A model generated the notes under the pieces. The model was not told the DNA's origin and did no database searches. It saw nothing but the letters and a program-made list of their open reading frames with translations. The translations under genes were made by a program, and so were the position numbers. Positions 50,540-59,838 of a stretch of DNA of 64,000 bases are shown here, piece by piece. Positions within the stretch are counted from its first letter, which is position 1; each line of letters opens with the position of its first letter. Origin of the DNA: Candidatus Atribacteria bacterium (lineage in GTDB: Bacteria > Atribacterota > Phoenicimicrobiia > Phoenicimicrobiales > Stramentimicrobiaceae); assembly GCA_029556475.1 (NCBI GenBank), contig JAKQEP010000054.1:19898-83897 (forward strand). The letters run 5' to 3'.

Positions 50540-53500
50540 TGATAATGAGATAACCCTCCTTGACCGGGAGGCCAGAAAACAAATAATGGAAGATTTTGAG
50601 CACAATTTTTTGGTTGAAGCCAGTGCCGGCTCTGGCAAAACATCCTGTTTAGTGAAAAGAATGGCTGCCCTGATAAAATCCGGTAGATACACCGTGGAAC
50701 ATATTGCCGCAATTACTTTTACCCGTAAAGCAGCTATTGAGCTTAAAGAACGATTTCAACAAGAGATAGAAAGAGAGCTTCAACAAACCGATAATCCTGA
50801 AGAAAAGAATTTTCTCTTTCAAGCCATAACCAACATAGAACAATGCTATATAGGAACCATACACTCTTTTTGTGCCAGAATACTTAGAGAACGTTCCATA
50901 GAAGCCGGGTTAGACCCCGCCTTTAAAGAGCTGGATGAAGTTGATAATATTCTTTTAATGGAACAGGCCTGGGAGCACTATCTGTCTAACCTGAAGATTG
51001 AGGATGCTGCCCGGTTTAAGAATTTGGCAACATTAGGAATTCAGATACAAGACCTTAAAGAGAGTTATAAAAAACTTTGTCAGTATCCCGAAGTAGAACC
51101 AATTTATAAAGAAGTAGTTAGCCCTCAACTGGATTCTGCATTAAGCAAGCTCTATTCATTTTGTGATGAGGCAAAACAATTTATTCCAGAGGAGGAGCCA
51201 GAAGGGGGATATGATACTATCCAGCAGGCAATACTTCAAGTGCATAAATTAAAAAGCTACCCACCATATCTGGAGAAGGATTTTTATAAAGTTATTTTAT
51301 TGGAATTATTTAACAGAGATTCTGTTAAATTGGGAGAAATAGTATTGAAGAGGTGGCTATCAAAAGAAAAAGCAAAGGAATACCGGGATAGATTGTTGCC
51401 GGAGTTAAAGACAGAATGTATTGTTCCGGCTATGGAAAGATGGTGGGAATATTGTCATAGCCATACCATCAATTTAATTAAACCTGCGGTAGATTACTTT
51501 GAACAGCTTAAAGGAAAAAACTCTCTGCTTAACTTTCAGGATTTATTACTGAAGGCTGCTACTCTTTTACGTGATAACCCCGAAATTCGTCGCTATTTTC
51601 AGCAGAAATACCAGACCATACTTGTTGATGAATTTCAGGATACAGACCCTATTCAGGCTGAAATTATCTTTTACCTAACCGGTGAACAATTAGAAGAGGA
51701 TGACTGGAGGAAGTTAGTTCCCCGTACCGGCAGCCTGTTTATTGTTGGTGACCCCCAACAATCAATCTACCATTTTCGCAGAGCCGATATCACCGTTTAT
51801 AAACAGGTTAAAAGTCTGATAGCAAAAAATAAGGGGATGATTACCGAATTAAATGCCAATTTTCGTTCCCTTCACTCCATCGGTCAATTTGTCAATCCAC
51901 TTTTTCGTGAACTATTTGGTAATGAGGAGAGTGAGTATCAGGTAAGTTATTCTTCTATGCAAACTACCAGAGCAGATGAAAAAGGGTATTTTTCAGGTGT
52001 TTACCGGTATACCATTGCCAAGGAAAGAAATAAGAAAAAAGAAATGGAAAATGATGCCCGAGCCATTGCCATGCTGATTAGAAGCTGGATTGATAATAAG
52101 GTAAAAATATTACGGACTGAGGAAGAATTTAAATCGGGCCAAAAATATGAGCTAGAATACCGTGATTTCATGATTTTATTGCGTTATAAAAGTGGCATGG
52201 AAATTTACTCCAAATTATTAAGTGAATACGGGATTCCAGTAACAGTATCAGGCTCTGCCGCCTTAAACGAATCGAAATATCTTCAGGAATTATTAAAATT
52301 ATTACGATTGCTAAAAGATCCTGAAAATCAAGTATTATTGGTAGCAGTGTTAAGGGGCATCTTTTATGGCTTCTCTGATGAGGAACTCTATCAATACAAG
52401 GTGGCTATCGGAGGTTTTAGTTTTTTTGCAGATACACCTTTTTTTCTGGATAATGGTTTAAAACAAAGATTTAATGATGCTTTCCAACAATTAAAAGACT
52501 ACTATTCCTGGTGTTTTAAATATCCGCCGGTGGTGGTATTAGAAAAGATTATGATTCATTCCGGATTGTTGCCCTATCTTTGTGCGGAAATGAATAAAAA
52601 GGAAGAGGGTAATGAACTCTTTTTCATCCTGGAATATTTGCGTGAATCAGAGATGAGAGATTATCTAACCTATGATGGAATGGTGGAACGGCTGGAAAGA
52701 TTATGGCAGTCAGGATTAGAAGAAGAGTTCAATATGAGGGTAGAAGAAAATGCAGTTCGATTAATGAATTTACACAAAGCCAAAGGACTGGAAGCCCCCG
52801 TTGTTTTTCTGGCTATTCCTTACCTTACCCAGAAACATGAACCGGAATACCATATTGAACGTCACGATATTGTACCGAAAGGACATTTTCAAATTAGGAA
52901 ATTTAATTATTTTGGTAAATGTAAAACAATTGCCCAACCTCAAAAATGGAAAGAGTATGGTCAGATCGAAAAATCTTACCTGGAAGCGGAAGAGACCCGA
53001 TTGCTTTATGTAGCTGCTACCAGAGCAAAAAATGCATTGGTTATAAGTAGTTTTAGCGCAGGTAGTCAGGATAATAATAAAAATCCATGGCAACCTTTAC
53101 TAAAAAGAACTAAATCGGAAATGCTTTTAGAAATACATAGCAAGGATTCTACAAAATTGGTGACTAAAACGATGAGTTATGGCTTAGAAGAATACCAGAC
53201 CCATATGTATAAGAGAGAAGAAGCAAAAAATAAGTTACTTGCCAGGAGCTATTTTGAGAGTACTGCCACAAGGCAGGCAGAATTTTCGGAAATTAAATCA
53301 CCCCTTATTCCTACTGTTGATAAAGGGGGTAAAAAATGGGGAAATGCAGTACATGCAATATTGGAACAGGTAGTGAGTGAGGAAACAGAAGATGGTTTGC
53401 TCAAGGCTCATATAATTGATACTCTGAAAAGAAACAGCATTGACCCTTTCCGTAAAGATGAATTGTATGGTATTGTCAGGAAGTTTATAGCAAGTGATTT

Positions 53501-53843
53501 GTATCACAGAATAAAAAATGCGCTGCAAAAATTCACTGAGGTACCCTTTAATATAAAGGTGGTTCCCAGTGACCCTTTTTATCAAGAATTGATTTCAGAA
53601 GATAGAGAAAAGACAGGGGAAGAAGGAAAGCCACTCATACTAACCGGTACCATTGACCTTATTTTTCGGGAAGCCGACGGATGGGTAGTAGTGGACTACA
53701 AGACTGACTGCCCGGTAAAACAGAGCGATTATGTCAAGCTGCGGCAGTTATATGAGGTGCAAATCTCTACCTATTGCACAATCTGGCAGAAAATAAGTGG
53801 GGAAAGGGTAAAAGAGAGTCTCATTTATTTTGTATCAGAATAA
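50532..53843 (+). CDS. addA: ATP-dependent helicase/nuclease subunit A (UvrD-type helicase plus RecB nuclease)
   Basis: 1103 aa. EASAGSGKT Walker A, VDEFQDT, and C-terminal GTIDLIFREADGWVVVDYKTD. Confidence 0.8.
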   Translation: MNSDNEITLLDREARKQIMEDFEHNFLVEASAGSGKTSCLVKRMAALIKSGRYTVEHIAAITFTRKAAIELKERFQQEIERELQQTDNPEEKNFLFQAITNIEQCYIGTIHSFCARILRERSIEAGLDPAFKELDEVDNILLMEQAWEHYLSNLKIEDAARFKNLATLGIQIQDLKESYKKLCQYPEVEPIYKEVVSPQLDSALSKLYSFCDEAKQFIPEEEPEGGYDTIQQAILQVHKLKSYPPYLEKDFYKVILLELFNRDSVKLGEIVLKRWLSKEKAKEYRDRLLPELKTECIVPAMERWWEYCHSHTINLIKPAVDYFEQLKGKNSLLNFQDLLLKAATLLRDNPEIRRYFQQKYQTILVDEFQDTDPIQAEIIFYLTGEQLEEDDWRKLVPRTGSLFIVGDPQQSIYHFRRADITVYKQVKSLIAKNKGMITELNANFRSLHSIGQFVNPLFRELFGNEESEYQVSYSSMQTTRADEKGYFSGVYRYTIAKERNKKKEMENDARAIAMLIRSWIDNKVKILRTEEEFKSGQKYELEYRDFMILLRYKSGMEIYSKLLSEYGIPVTVSGSAALNESKYLQELLKLLRLLKDPENQVLLVAVLRGIFYGFSDEELYQYKVAIGGFSFFADTPFFLDNGLKQRFNDAFQQLKDYYSWCFKYPPVVVLEKIMIHSGLLPYLCAEMNKKEEGNELFFILEYLRESEMRDYLTYDGMVERLERLWQSGLEEEFNMRVEENAVRLMNLHKAKGLEAPVVFLAIPYLTQKHEPEYHIERHDIVPKGHFQIRKFNYFGKCKTIAQPQKWKEYGQIEKSYLEAEETRLLYVAATRAKNALVISSFSAGSQDNNKNPWQPLLKRTKSEMLLEIHSKDSTKLVTKTMSYGLEEYQTHMYKREEAKNKLLARSYFESTATRQAEFSEIKSPLIPTVDKGGKKWGNAVHAILEQVVSEETEDGLLKAHIIDTLKRNSIDPFRKDELYGIVRKFIASDLYHRIKNALQKFTEVPFNIKVVPSDPFYQELISEDREKTGEEGKPLILTGTIDLIFREADGWVVVDYKTDCPVKQSDYVKLRQLYEVQISTYCTIWQKISGERVKESLIYFVSE

Positions 53844-53874
53844 GAAGAGCCGGGGTTTATGCCCGACTCTTCTT
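53842..53874 (+). terminator. intrinsic terminator after addA
   Basis: AAGAAGAGCCGGG-gtttat-GCCCGACTCTTCTT stem-loop overlapping the stop codon, followed by attatttt. Confidence 0.7.
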
Positions 53875-53928
53875 ATTATTTTAAATTATAAATGACTCAG
53901 TCTGCAGTCTCAAATATTGATTTGGTTT

Positions 53929-54231
53929 TTAGAAAAATCCTGAATATTCCGACCTGTAATCAACCTGAAAACCTTTCCATAAAAAGGAATCTTTATAATC
54001 AATGGTCAAAGAGACCATACTTTCTACCAGCTTCTGGTCTATAATAAAATCAAAACCATCTACCTTTAAATGTGAATCGTTTTCTTGCTGCTCATCCAGA
54101 GCAACGTTAAATCTCGGTCCCCTTCAGCTGATGCCGGTCATCACAATACGGAATTTTTTGTCAGATTGTTCTTGTTCCTGGAGCATATCTTTCAGCTGTT
54201 TTGCTGCTTTTTCGGTAATATTTAATTCCAT
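53929..54231 (-). CDS. selenocysteine-containing HesB/IscA-like protein; Sec encoded by TGA at 54126-54124 (gene absent from the ORF track)
   Basis: GAGGAG RBS, ATG at 54231. MELNITEKAAKQLKDMLQEQEQSDKKFRIVMTGIS-U-RGPRFNVALDEQQENDSHLKVDGFDFIIDQKLVESM...GFF, 100 codons, TAA at 53931-53929. Collinear with IscA (ITLSDSAA...LRLGVRTSGCSGMAY...VVVDGKS), with U at the first conserved Cys. Confidence 0.75.
54087..54105 (-). promoter_or_regulatory. putative SECIS hairpin of the HesB-like mRNA
   Basis: GUUGCUC-UGGAU-GAGCAGC (7 bp including one G-U) starting 21 nt after the U of UGA. Confidence 0.5.
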
Positions 54232-54558
54232 TAATATTTTCTCCTCATAATAATTCTGTAATAATTCTGGGATTTCTATTCAACCCCGGTATGTTCATTC
54301 AGGATTATATAATAACATGAAATATAATAATGTCAATAATTGTATTACCGGTTCAATTATCAGGTAATTGAAAAGTTTTTATACTATCTGTTTGAGTAAA
54401 TTAATAAACAATGACCATCATTGATAAAAATGTTATAATTAATTTCATTAAATATTTGAATTTTTGGTAAATATATATAATTTTATAAATTATAAAACAT
54501 AGGTTATTCCAAATATATAGAGAATATAGATAATAAAAAAGATGAGATAGATAATAAT

Positions 54559-55221
54559 ATGAAACAAAAACATTTCTGCCCATTGATTGTTATGGTAGTC
54601 TTACTAACCTCTTTTATGGTTGGCGTTTACGTGTTATCTATTCTGGCTAATGAATTGACAGAGAATCTTCCCGAAACTGAGCTGAAAGCTATTTCCGGGA
54701 TTCCCCTTAACTATCAATTAGTTCTTAATGATAGTAACCCTAAATTGATTTTTGTTCTTAGAGATGCCCCTGAAGGAATGACAATTGATCGGAAAACCGG
54801 AATGGTAGAATGGACTCCAACCCAGGAACAGATAGGGGTACATAAAGCAAGTATTGTAGTAACCGATGGCTCCAACAAAGATAAACAAGAATTAACTATC
54901 ACAGTGGTTTCATCAGGGTTGAGTTCTATAGTTGCTATACCTGCGGTTATGGATATAGAAGGTGTAAACATCACTAAAAAAATAGAGTCAGTTACTGCTT
55001 ACTATAGCGATGGTTCCAGTAAAGTAATTGATAAGACAAAATGCCATTTTCAGTCTGATAAAACTAATATTATTACGGTAAATGAGAGGGGAATTGTAGA
55101 AACAAAAAATATTGGTACAGCTACCATTACAGTAAGTTATAGCGAAGAAGGAATTGCCAAAAATTCTACCATAACCGTAACTGTAAAACTTCCAACCCTT
55201 CCTTTTTTTGGCGGCGGTTGA
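54559..55221 (+). CDS. membrane-anchored surface protein with He_PIG-type putative Ig domain plus Big_2 domain, C-terminal GGG
   Basis: 220 aa. N-terminal TM helix. APEGMTIDRKTGMVEWTPTQEQIGVHKASIVVTDG and NIGTATITVSY patterns. Confidence 0.6.
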   Translation: MKQKHFCPLIVMVVLLTSFMVGVYVLSILANELTENLPETELKAISGIPLNYQLVLNDSNPKLIFVLRDAPEGMTIDRKTGMVEWTPTQEQIGVHKASIVVTDGSNKDKQELTITVVSSGLSSIVAIPAVMDIEGVNITKKIESVTAYYSDGSSKVIDKTKCHFQSDKTNIITVNERGIVETKNIGTATITVSYSEEGIAKNSTITVTVKLPTLPFFGGG

Positions 55222-55462
55222 CAGTTAAAAAAACAGCACTGATAGTCTATCAGCCTAAAAAATGTCATAAAAGAAGAATTTGTAAAAGAGAATAAATAAT
55301 AAAAATAGATATAGATTAAAAATTGACAGCAGGTGTTATAATATTTTTATAATTAATTGTCTGCATATTCATTTCAACGAATTTGTTTTTTAAAATTCTG
55401 ATATACAAGCATTTTTTTGATAAATTATATATTTAAGTAAAGGTTTGGAAGGAGGTGATAAT

Positions 55463-56128
55463 GTGAAAAAGAGACCTGTCTATTTATCAGCGATTATTGC
55501 AATTCTGCTAACTTCTTTTTTTATGAGTGGATGTATGCTGCCCTTTCTGGGAAATGAACCGGTAACTATTGTATCAAAAGCAAACTTAAGTGCTATTGTA
55601 GGCAAACTCTATAAGTATCAGTTGGACATTGAAGATGATAGCAAAACTAAAGTGGTATATACACTGGACGTCGCTCCTGAAGGTATGACCATGGAAGGTT
55701 CAACCGGTCTAATAATGTGGACACCAAAGGCAAATCAGGTGGGCAAACATGAAGTTGTAATCAGAGTAAGTGACGGCTGGTTCAGGGATGAACAGAAATT
55801 TACTATAACTGTTACTCAGTTTCAGCTAAAATCCATTAGTATCAAGCCTACTACTATGTCATTTCCCAGTATCCCTAGCAGCAAAAATATAGAGTCAATT
55901 ACTGCCAAATGTAATGATGGCAGCAGCAAGGATATTGAGAAAGCAAAATGTGAATTTAAGTCTAATGACCCCAGCGTAGCCACTGTTGATGAGGCGGGAA
56001 AAGTAACTTCAAAAAAGAAGGGTAATACAATTATTACTGTAAGCTATACCGAAGAGGGAATTACCCAAAGTACAAATATCAATATTACGGTTACTATTGA
56101 TACTGATAGCAGTGGAGGCGGAGGCTGA
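55463..56128 (+). CDS. lipoprotein paralog of 54559-55221 (He_PIG plus Big_2 domains), C-terminal GGGG
   Basis: GTG at 55463 is 7 nt after GGAGG. Lipobox FMSGC. APEGMTMEGSTGLIMWTPKANQVGKHEVVIRVSDG. Confidence 0.6.
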   Translation: MKKRPVYLSAIIAILLTSFFMSGCMLPFLGNEPVTIVSKANLSAIVGKLYKYQLDIEDDSKTKVVYTLDVAPEGMTMEGSTGLIMWTPKANQVGKHEVVIRVSDGWFRDEQKFTITVTQFQLKSISIKPTTMSFPSIPSSKNIESITAKCNDGSSKDIEKAKCEFKSNDPSVATVDEAGKVTSKKKGNTIITVSYTEEGITQSTNINITVTIDTDSSGGGG

Positions 56129-56198
56129 GGAAGAAAATAAAAACATACCCTGATAGTTTATCAGGACTAAAGAATAAAAATATAGTATAATAGATAGC

Positions 56199-56295
56199 GG
56201 GAGTGGATAGGTTCTGGTGGACCTTGCGGACTTCAAATCCGTGGGCGGTGGTTTTAAAATTACCGCGGTGGGTTCGATTCCCACCCCTCTCGCCA
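56199..56295 (+). tRNA. selC: tRNA-Sec (anticodon TCA at 56233-56235)
   Basis: Hand fold: acceptor GGGAGTGG, 6-bp D stem AGGTTC/GGACCT with 4-nt loop, 6-bp anticodon stem with loop CTTCAAA, long variable arm GCGGTGG..ACCGC, T arm GTGGG-TTCGATT-CCCAC, then G-CCA. Exact ends +/- 1-2 nt. Confidence 0.85.
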
Positions 56296-56487
56296 CTTTA
56301 TTGTCAATGCCCATTGATGGTGTCAAAATGCCAGCAGAATGGGCATTTTGTGTTATATTTACTTTGTGATAGAATATATTATCGTTTTTAACCCTTTATT
56401 ATAATTTAAAATGTATTGCTAAGAATTAGGTAAATATTATCCTGGCTTTATAGCTTAATATTCTAAAATGAGGAGAAATAATTTAGT

Positions 56488-57912
56488 TTGATCGAAAATA
56501 ATAATAGAAATAACAGAGAAAATCTTCATTCACTATTATCCCGAATTCCCAGTGTAGAGGAAGTTTTACAGCTGGAAGAGTTAAAATTACCTGCCAGCCA
56601 GTATTCACGAAAAATGATTACGCCCCTGGTGAGGCTGGTTCTGGAAGAGGAAAGGGAAAGGATAAAAAGTGGTTCTGTTCCTTCTCCTTTAAGGGATATT
56701 ACTGACAGATGCGCCTCCTTGATCGCTAAAGAATTCCAATCTTTTATACGACCCGTGATAAACGGAACAGGGGTGATTTTGCATACTAATCTGGGGAGAG
56801 CAGTTCTGGGACAGACCATTATTGATGATTCTTTACCTAGCTTGGCAGGTTATTGTAATCTGGAATATGATCTTTTTCAGGGAGTGAGGGGTAAAAGAGG
56901 GGATTTTGTAGAAAAGATGTTGGCTTTATTCAGTCAAACAGAAAGTTCCCTGATTCTCAATAACAATGCCGCGGCAGTTTTTCTGATTTTAAAAGTGCTG
57001 GCAAAAGGAAAAGAAGTAATTATCTCCCGGGGAGAATTAGTACAGATTGGCGGTGGTTTTCGTATTCCTGAAATATTAAAGGAAAGTGGTGCAATCCTGC
57101 GCGAAGTGGGAACTACCAATCAGACCAATCTCGATGATTATGAAAAAGCAATAAATGAAAATACTGCATTGCTGCTGAAGGTTCACCAGAGTAATTTTTC
57201 TTTAGAAGGTTTTTCTGAATCAGTGGAAGTTGGGGAGCTTAAAGCTTTAGGAGAAAAATACAATCTGCCGGTGGTAGTGGACCTGGGTAGTGGTACGTTC
57301 CTGCCTACCGAGCAGTTTGACCTGCTCCACGAACCAATGGTACAGGAAATGATAAGATGTGGTGCTGACCTGGTCTGCTTTAGTGCTGATAAGTTGTTAG
57401 GGGGGCCCCAGGGGGGAATTGTTTGTGGCAGGAAGGAATATATAAGTCAAATTAGAAAAGACCCCTTATATCGTACTTTTCGGGTTGGGAAAATTACGCT
57501 CTCTCTTCTTCAGTCTACTCTGTTATTCTATTTACAGGGTAGGACTTTGCAGGAACTGCCAGTATGGAGAATGATTTCTTTGCCGGCTCAGGAAATTAAA
57601 AAAAGAAGCCATTCTCTCGCCCGCACTTTAAGGAAGAGAGACATTCCCACTCAGGTGAGCCAGGGAATATCTCTGGTGGGTGGCGGATCGCTGCCAGGGA
57701 AAACATTGTCTACCTACCTGGTCAGTATTGAAACCGATGGGAATGTTGACCAATTGGATAGGAGACTGAGAATGTCTAATCCAGCAGTTTTGGGAAGAGT
57801 TAAGGATAATCGTTTGTTTTTTGATCTCAGAACAATTGAGCCTAAATTCGATAAGAAATTAATTGAACTAATCTCCGCTGCTTTTACTAAAAATATGAAC
57901 AATAAAGGATGA
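56488..57912 (+). CDS. selA: L-seryl-tRNA(Sec) selenium transferase
   Basis: 474 aa. TTG is the only start in the open frame. NGTGVILHTNLGRA and FSADKLLGGPQGG (PLP lysine). Confidence 0.9.
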   Translation: MIENNNRNNRENLHSLLSRIPSVEEVLQLEELKLPASQYSRKMITPLVRLVLEEERERIKSGSVPSPLRDITDRCASLIAKEFQSFIRPVINGTGVILHTNLGRAVLGQTIIDDSLPSLAGYCNLEYDLFQGVRGKRGDFVEKMLALFSQTESSLILNNNAAAVFLILKVLAKGKEVIISRGELVQIGGGFRIPEILKESGAILREVGTTNQTNLDDYEKAINENTALLLKVHQSNFSLEGFSESVEVGELKALGEKYNLPVVVDLGSGTFLPTEQFDLLHEPMVQEMIRCGADLVCFSADKLLGGPQGGIVCGRKEYISQIRKDPLYRTFRVGKITLSLLQSTLLFYLQGRTLQELPVWRMISLPAQEIKKRSHSLARTLRKRDIPTQVSQGISLVGGGSLPGKTLSTYLVSIETDGNVDQLDRRLRMSNPAVLGRVKDNRLFFDLRTIEPKFDKKLIELISAAFTKNMNNKG

Positions 57913-57928
57913 GGCTAAATAATTTTCT

Positions 57929-59800
57929 ATGGTTATTTTTGGAACTGCCGGTCATATCGATCACGGTAAAACCAGTTTAATATACGCCTTAACCAGTATT
58001 AACGCAGACCGATTACCTGAAGAAAAATTAAGAGGGATGACTATTGACCTGGGCTTTGCCTGGATGGAGACACCTCTTGGGGAAAAAATTGGTATTATTG
58101 ATGTTCCCGGTCATGAGCATTTTATAAGAAATATGATTACCGGTATAACCTCTGTTGACGCCTTTATTATGGTTGTTGATGCCAAGGAAGGCTGGAAAGA
58201 ACAGACAGAGGAGCATTTTCAAATAATTAGATTATTAGAAATTAACTATGGGTTGATAGTGATTACTAAAACTGACCTGGTTTTACCTGAACGGCTAAAG
58301 GAAGTAAAAGAAGAGATTGAGGAAAGAGTTAACAGTAAAGACCGACCAAACATTCCAATTCTCTATTTTAGTTACAGCAATAGGGATAGTGTTTCTCAAT
58401 TAAGGGCTGAGGTGGAAAAACTGAGCAGAACTATTCCCCCGAAGAGAGACATTGATAAACCACGACTGTTTATTGACCGTGTTTTTGAAATAAAAGGCAG
58501 TGGAACTGTGATTACCGGGACCCTGCTCAATGGTAATTTATATCAGAATCAATCAATATTTCATTTTCCTTCACTGAAGAAAGTTCGTTTAAGACAGATA
58601 GAAAGTTATAATACTTCTCTTGAAAAGGCTATTGTGGGCAATAGAGTGGCTCTTAACCTTATCGGATTGAAAAAAGAAGATATAGCAAGAGGAGATTTAA
58701 TCTATGCCAATCAAAAAATGATATCAGGAAATACCTATGATGTTTCCGCACAACTTATTCCTCAAAAAACCCTTTTTCGGTTGAAAAATGGTAATGAGGT
58801 GGAAATCATTTCTCATACTAAAATTTTGAGGGGTATGATCATATTTGAGAAGAAGGAAGTGAATCCGGGAGAAAAATTTTATGCCCAGATTCGCTTCAAG
58901 GAGCCACTTAGCTTGATGCTCGGCGATTATTTTATTATTCGTTTACCTGGTATAAATGAAACCATTGGTGGTGGAAGAATTCTTGCTGAACAAGCCAGCA
59001 GACATAGTTTCCGAAACTCTCGCTGGGGAAAATGGTTAGCAAAGAGGGACAGATTGGATATAGACCGGTTGATTGTAAGTGAATTGGAGCGATACCAGAA
59101 GATTAAAAAGGAAGAATTGCTAATTGATAGCCCTTATGCTAAGGAGGAAATCAATCAGCATTTAGAGCAATTGTACCAAAAAGCTCTCCTCTTTTTAAAA
59201 GGGGACTGGGTAGTTGACTTAAAGTTCTGGAATATGATGTGCAGTCAAATAGTCACATTCCTGGAACAAAAACATAGTGATGACCCGCTGAAAGACGGAT
59301 TTCCCACCATAATTCTCAGGAACAAATTTCCGGAAATCCCGGAAGACCTTCTCCTTGTTTTACTCGATTATCTATCTGAAAACGATAAGGTAAAGATAAA
59401 AAAAGGAATGATTTCTTCTGCCAGGCACTCCATAAATCTATCAGTTCAGCAAAATAAAACGGTTGAGGAAATTTTACGCTATATTGAAAGAGAGAGCAGT
59501 AATTTACCTACTGAAAAAGAATTAAAAGGTGTTTTTCCAAGAAATGAAGCACTTATTGAATATTTAATTGAACATGGAGAAATTATTATACTTGAGGGGC
59601 AGATAATAATAACTCCATTTATTTACAAAGAGATGAAAGAGAAAATAGTGAATTATTTAAGTAAGAATCAGTCAATTACCATTAGACAGGTTCGTGATTT
59701 ATTACATATCAGCCGAAAATATATAGTTCCCCTCTTGACCAGGATGGATGAGGAGAGTATAACCATTAGAAGGGGAAATGAGAGGTTCTTAAAGCAATAG
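57929..59800 (+). CDS. selB: selenocysteine-specific translation elongation factor
   Basis: 623 aa. GTAGHIDHGKTSL, DVPGHE and TKTD GTPase motifs, plus a long C-terminal winged-helix region. Confidence 0.9.
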   Translation: MVIFGTAGHIDHGKTSLIYALTSINADRLPEEKLRGMTIDLGFAWMETPLGEKIGIIDVPGHEHFIRNMITGITSVDAFIMVVDAKEGWKEQTEEHFQIIRLLEINYGLIVITKTDLVLPERLKEVKEEIEERVNSKDRPNIPILYFSYSNRDSVSQLRAEVEKLSRTIPPKRDIDKPRLFIDRVFEIKGSGTVITGTLLNGNLYQNQSIFHFPSLKKVRLRQIESYNTSLEKAIVGNRVALNLIGLKKEDIARGDLIYANQKMISGNTYDVSAQLIPQKTLFRLKNGNEVEIISHTKILRGMIIFEKKEVNPGEKFYAQIRFKEPLSLMLGDYFIIRLPGINETIGGGRILAEQASRHSFRNSRWGKWLAKRDRLDIDRLIVSELERYQKIKKEELLIDSPYAKEEINQHLEQLYQKALLFLKGDWVVDLKFWNMMCSQIVTFLEQKHSDDPLKDGFPTIILRNKFPEIPEDLLLVLLDYLSENDKVKIKKGMISSARHSINLSVQQNKTVEEILRYIERESSNLPTEKELKGVFPRNEALIEYLIEHGEIIILEGQIIITPFIYKEMKEKIVNYLSKNQSITIRQVRDLLHISRKYIVPLLTRMDEESITIRRGNERFLKQ

Positions 59801-59838
59801 TATCCTGTTTCTAAAAAACAGGAAGGGAGGTGAGGGAG

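Noticed and set aside
54002-54250. 82-aa + strand ORF listed in the track
   Set aside because: It is the antisense shadow of the HesB-like selenoprotein gene. It has no RBS and a low-complexity Ser/Cys-rich translation. The minus strand has the RBS, the family homology and the SECIS-like hairpin.
56009-56391. ORFs 56009-56326 (-) and 56203-56391 (+)
   Set aside because: Both overlap the tRNA-Sec gene and have no RBS or recognisable motif. They are artefacts of the GC-rich tRNA sequence in an AT-rich context.
55200-56500. Integrated mobile element next to tRNA-Sec
   Set aside because: No integrase, no direct repeat of the tRNA 3' end and no phage-like genes flank the tRNA.
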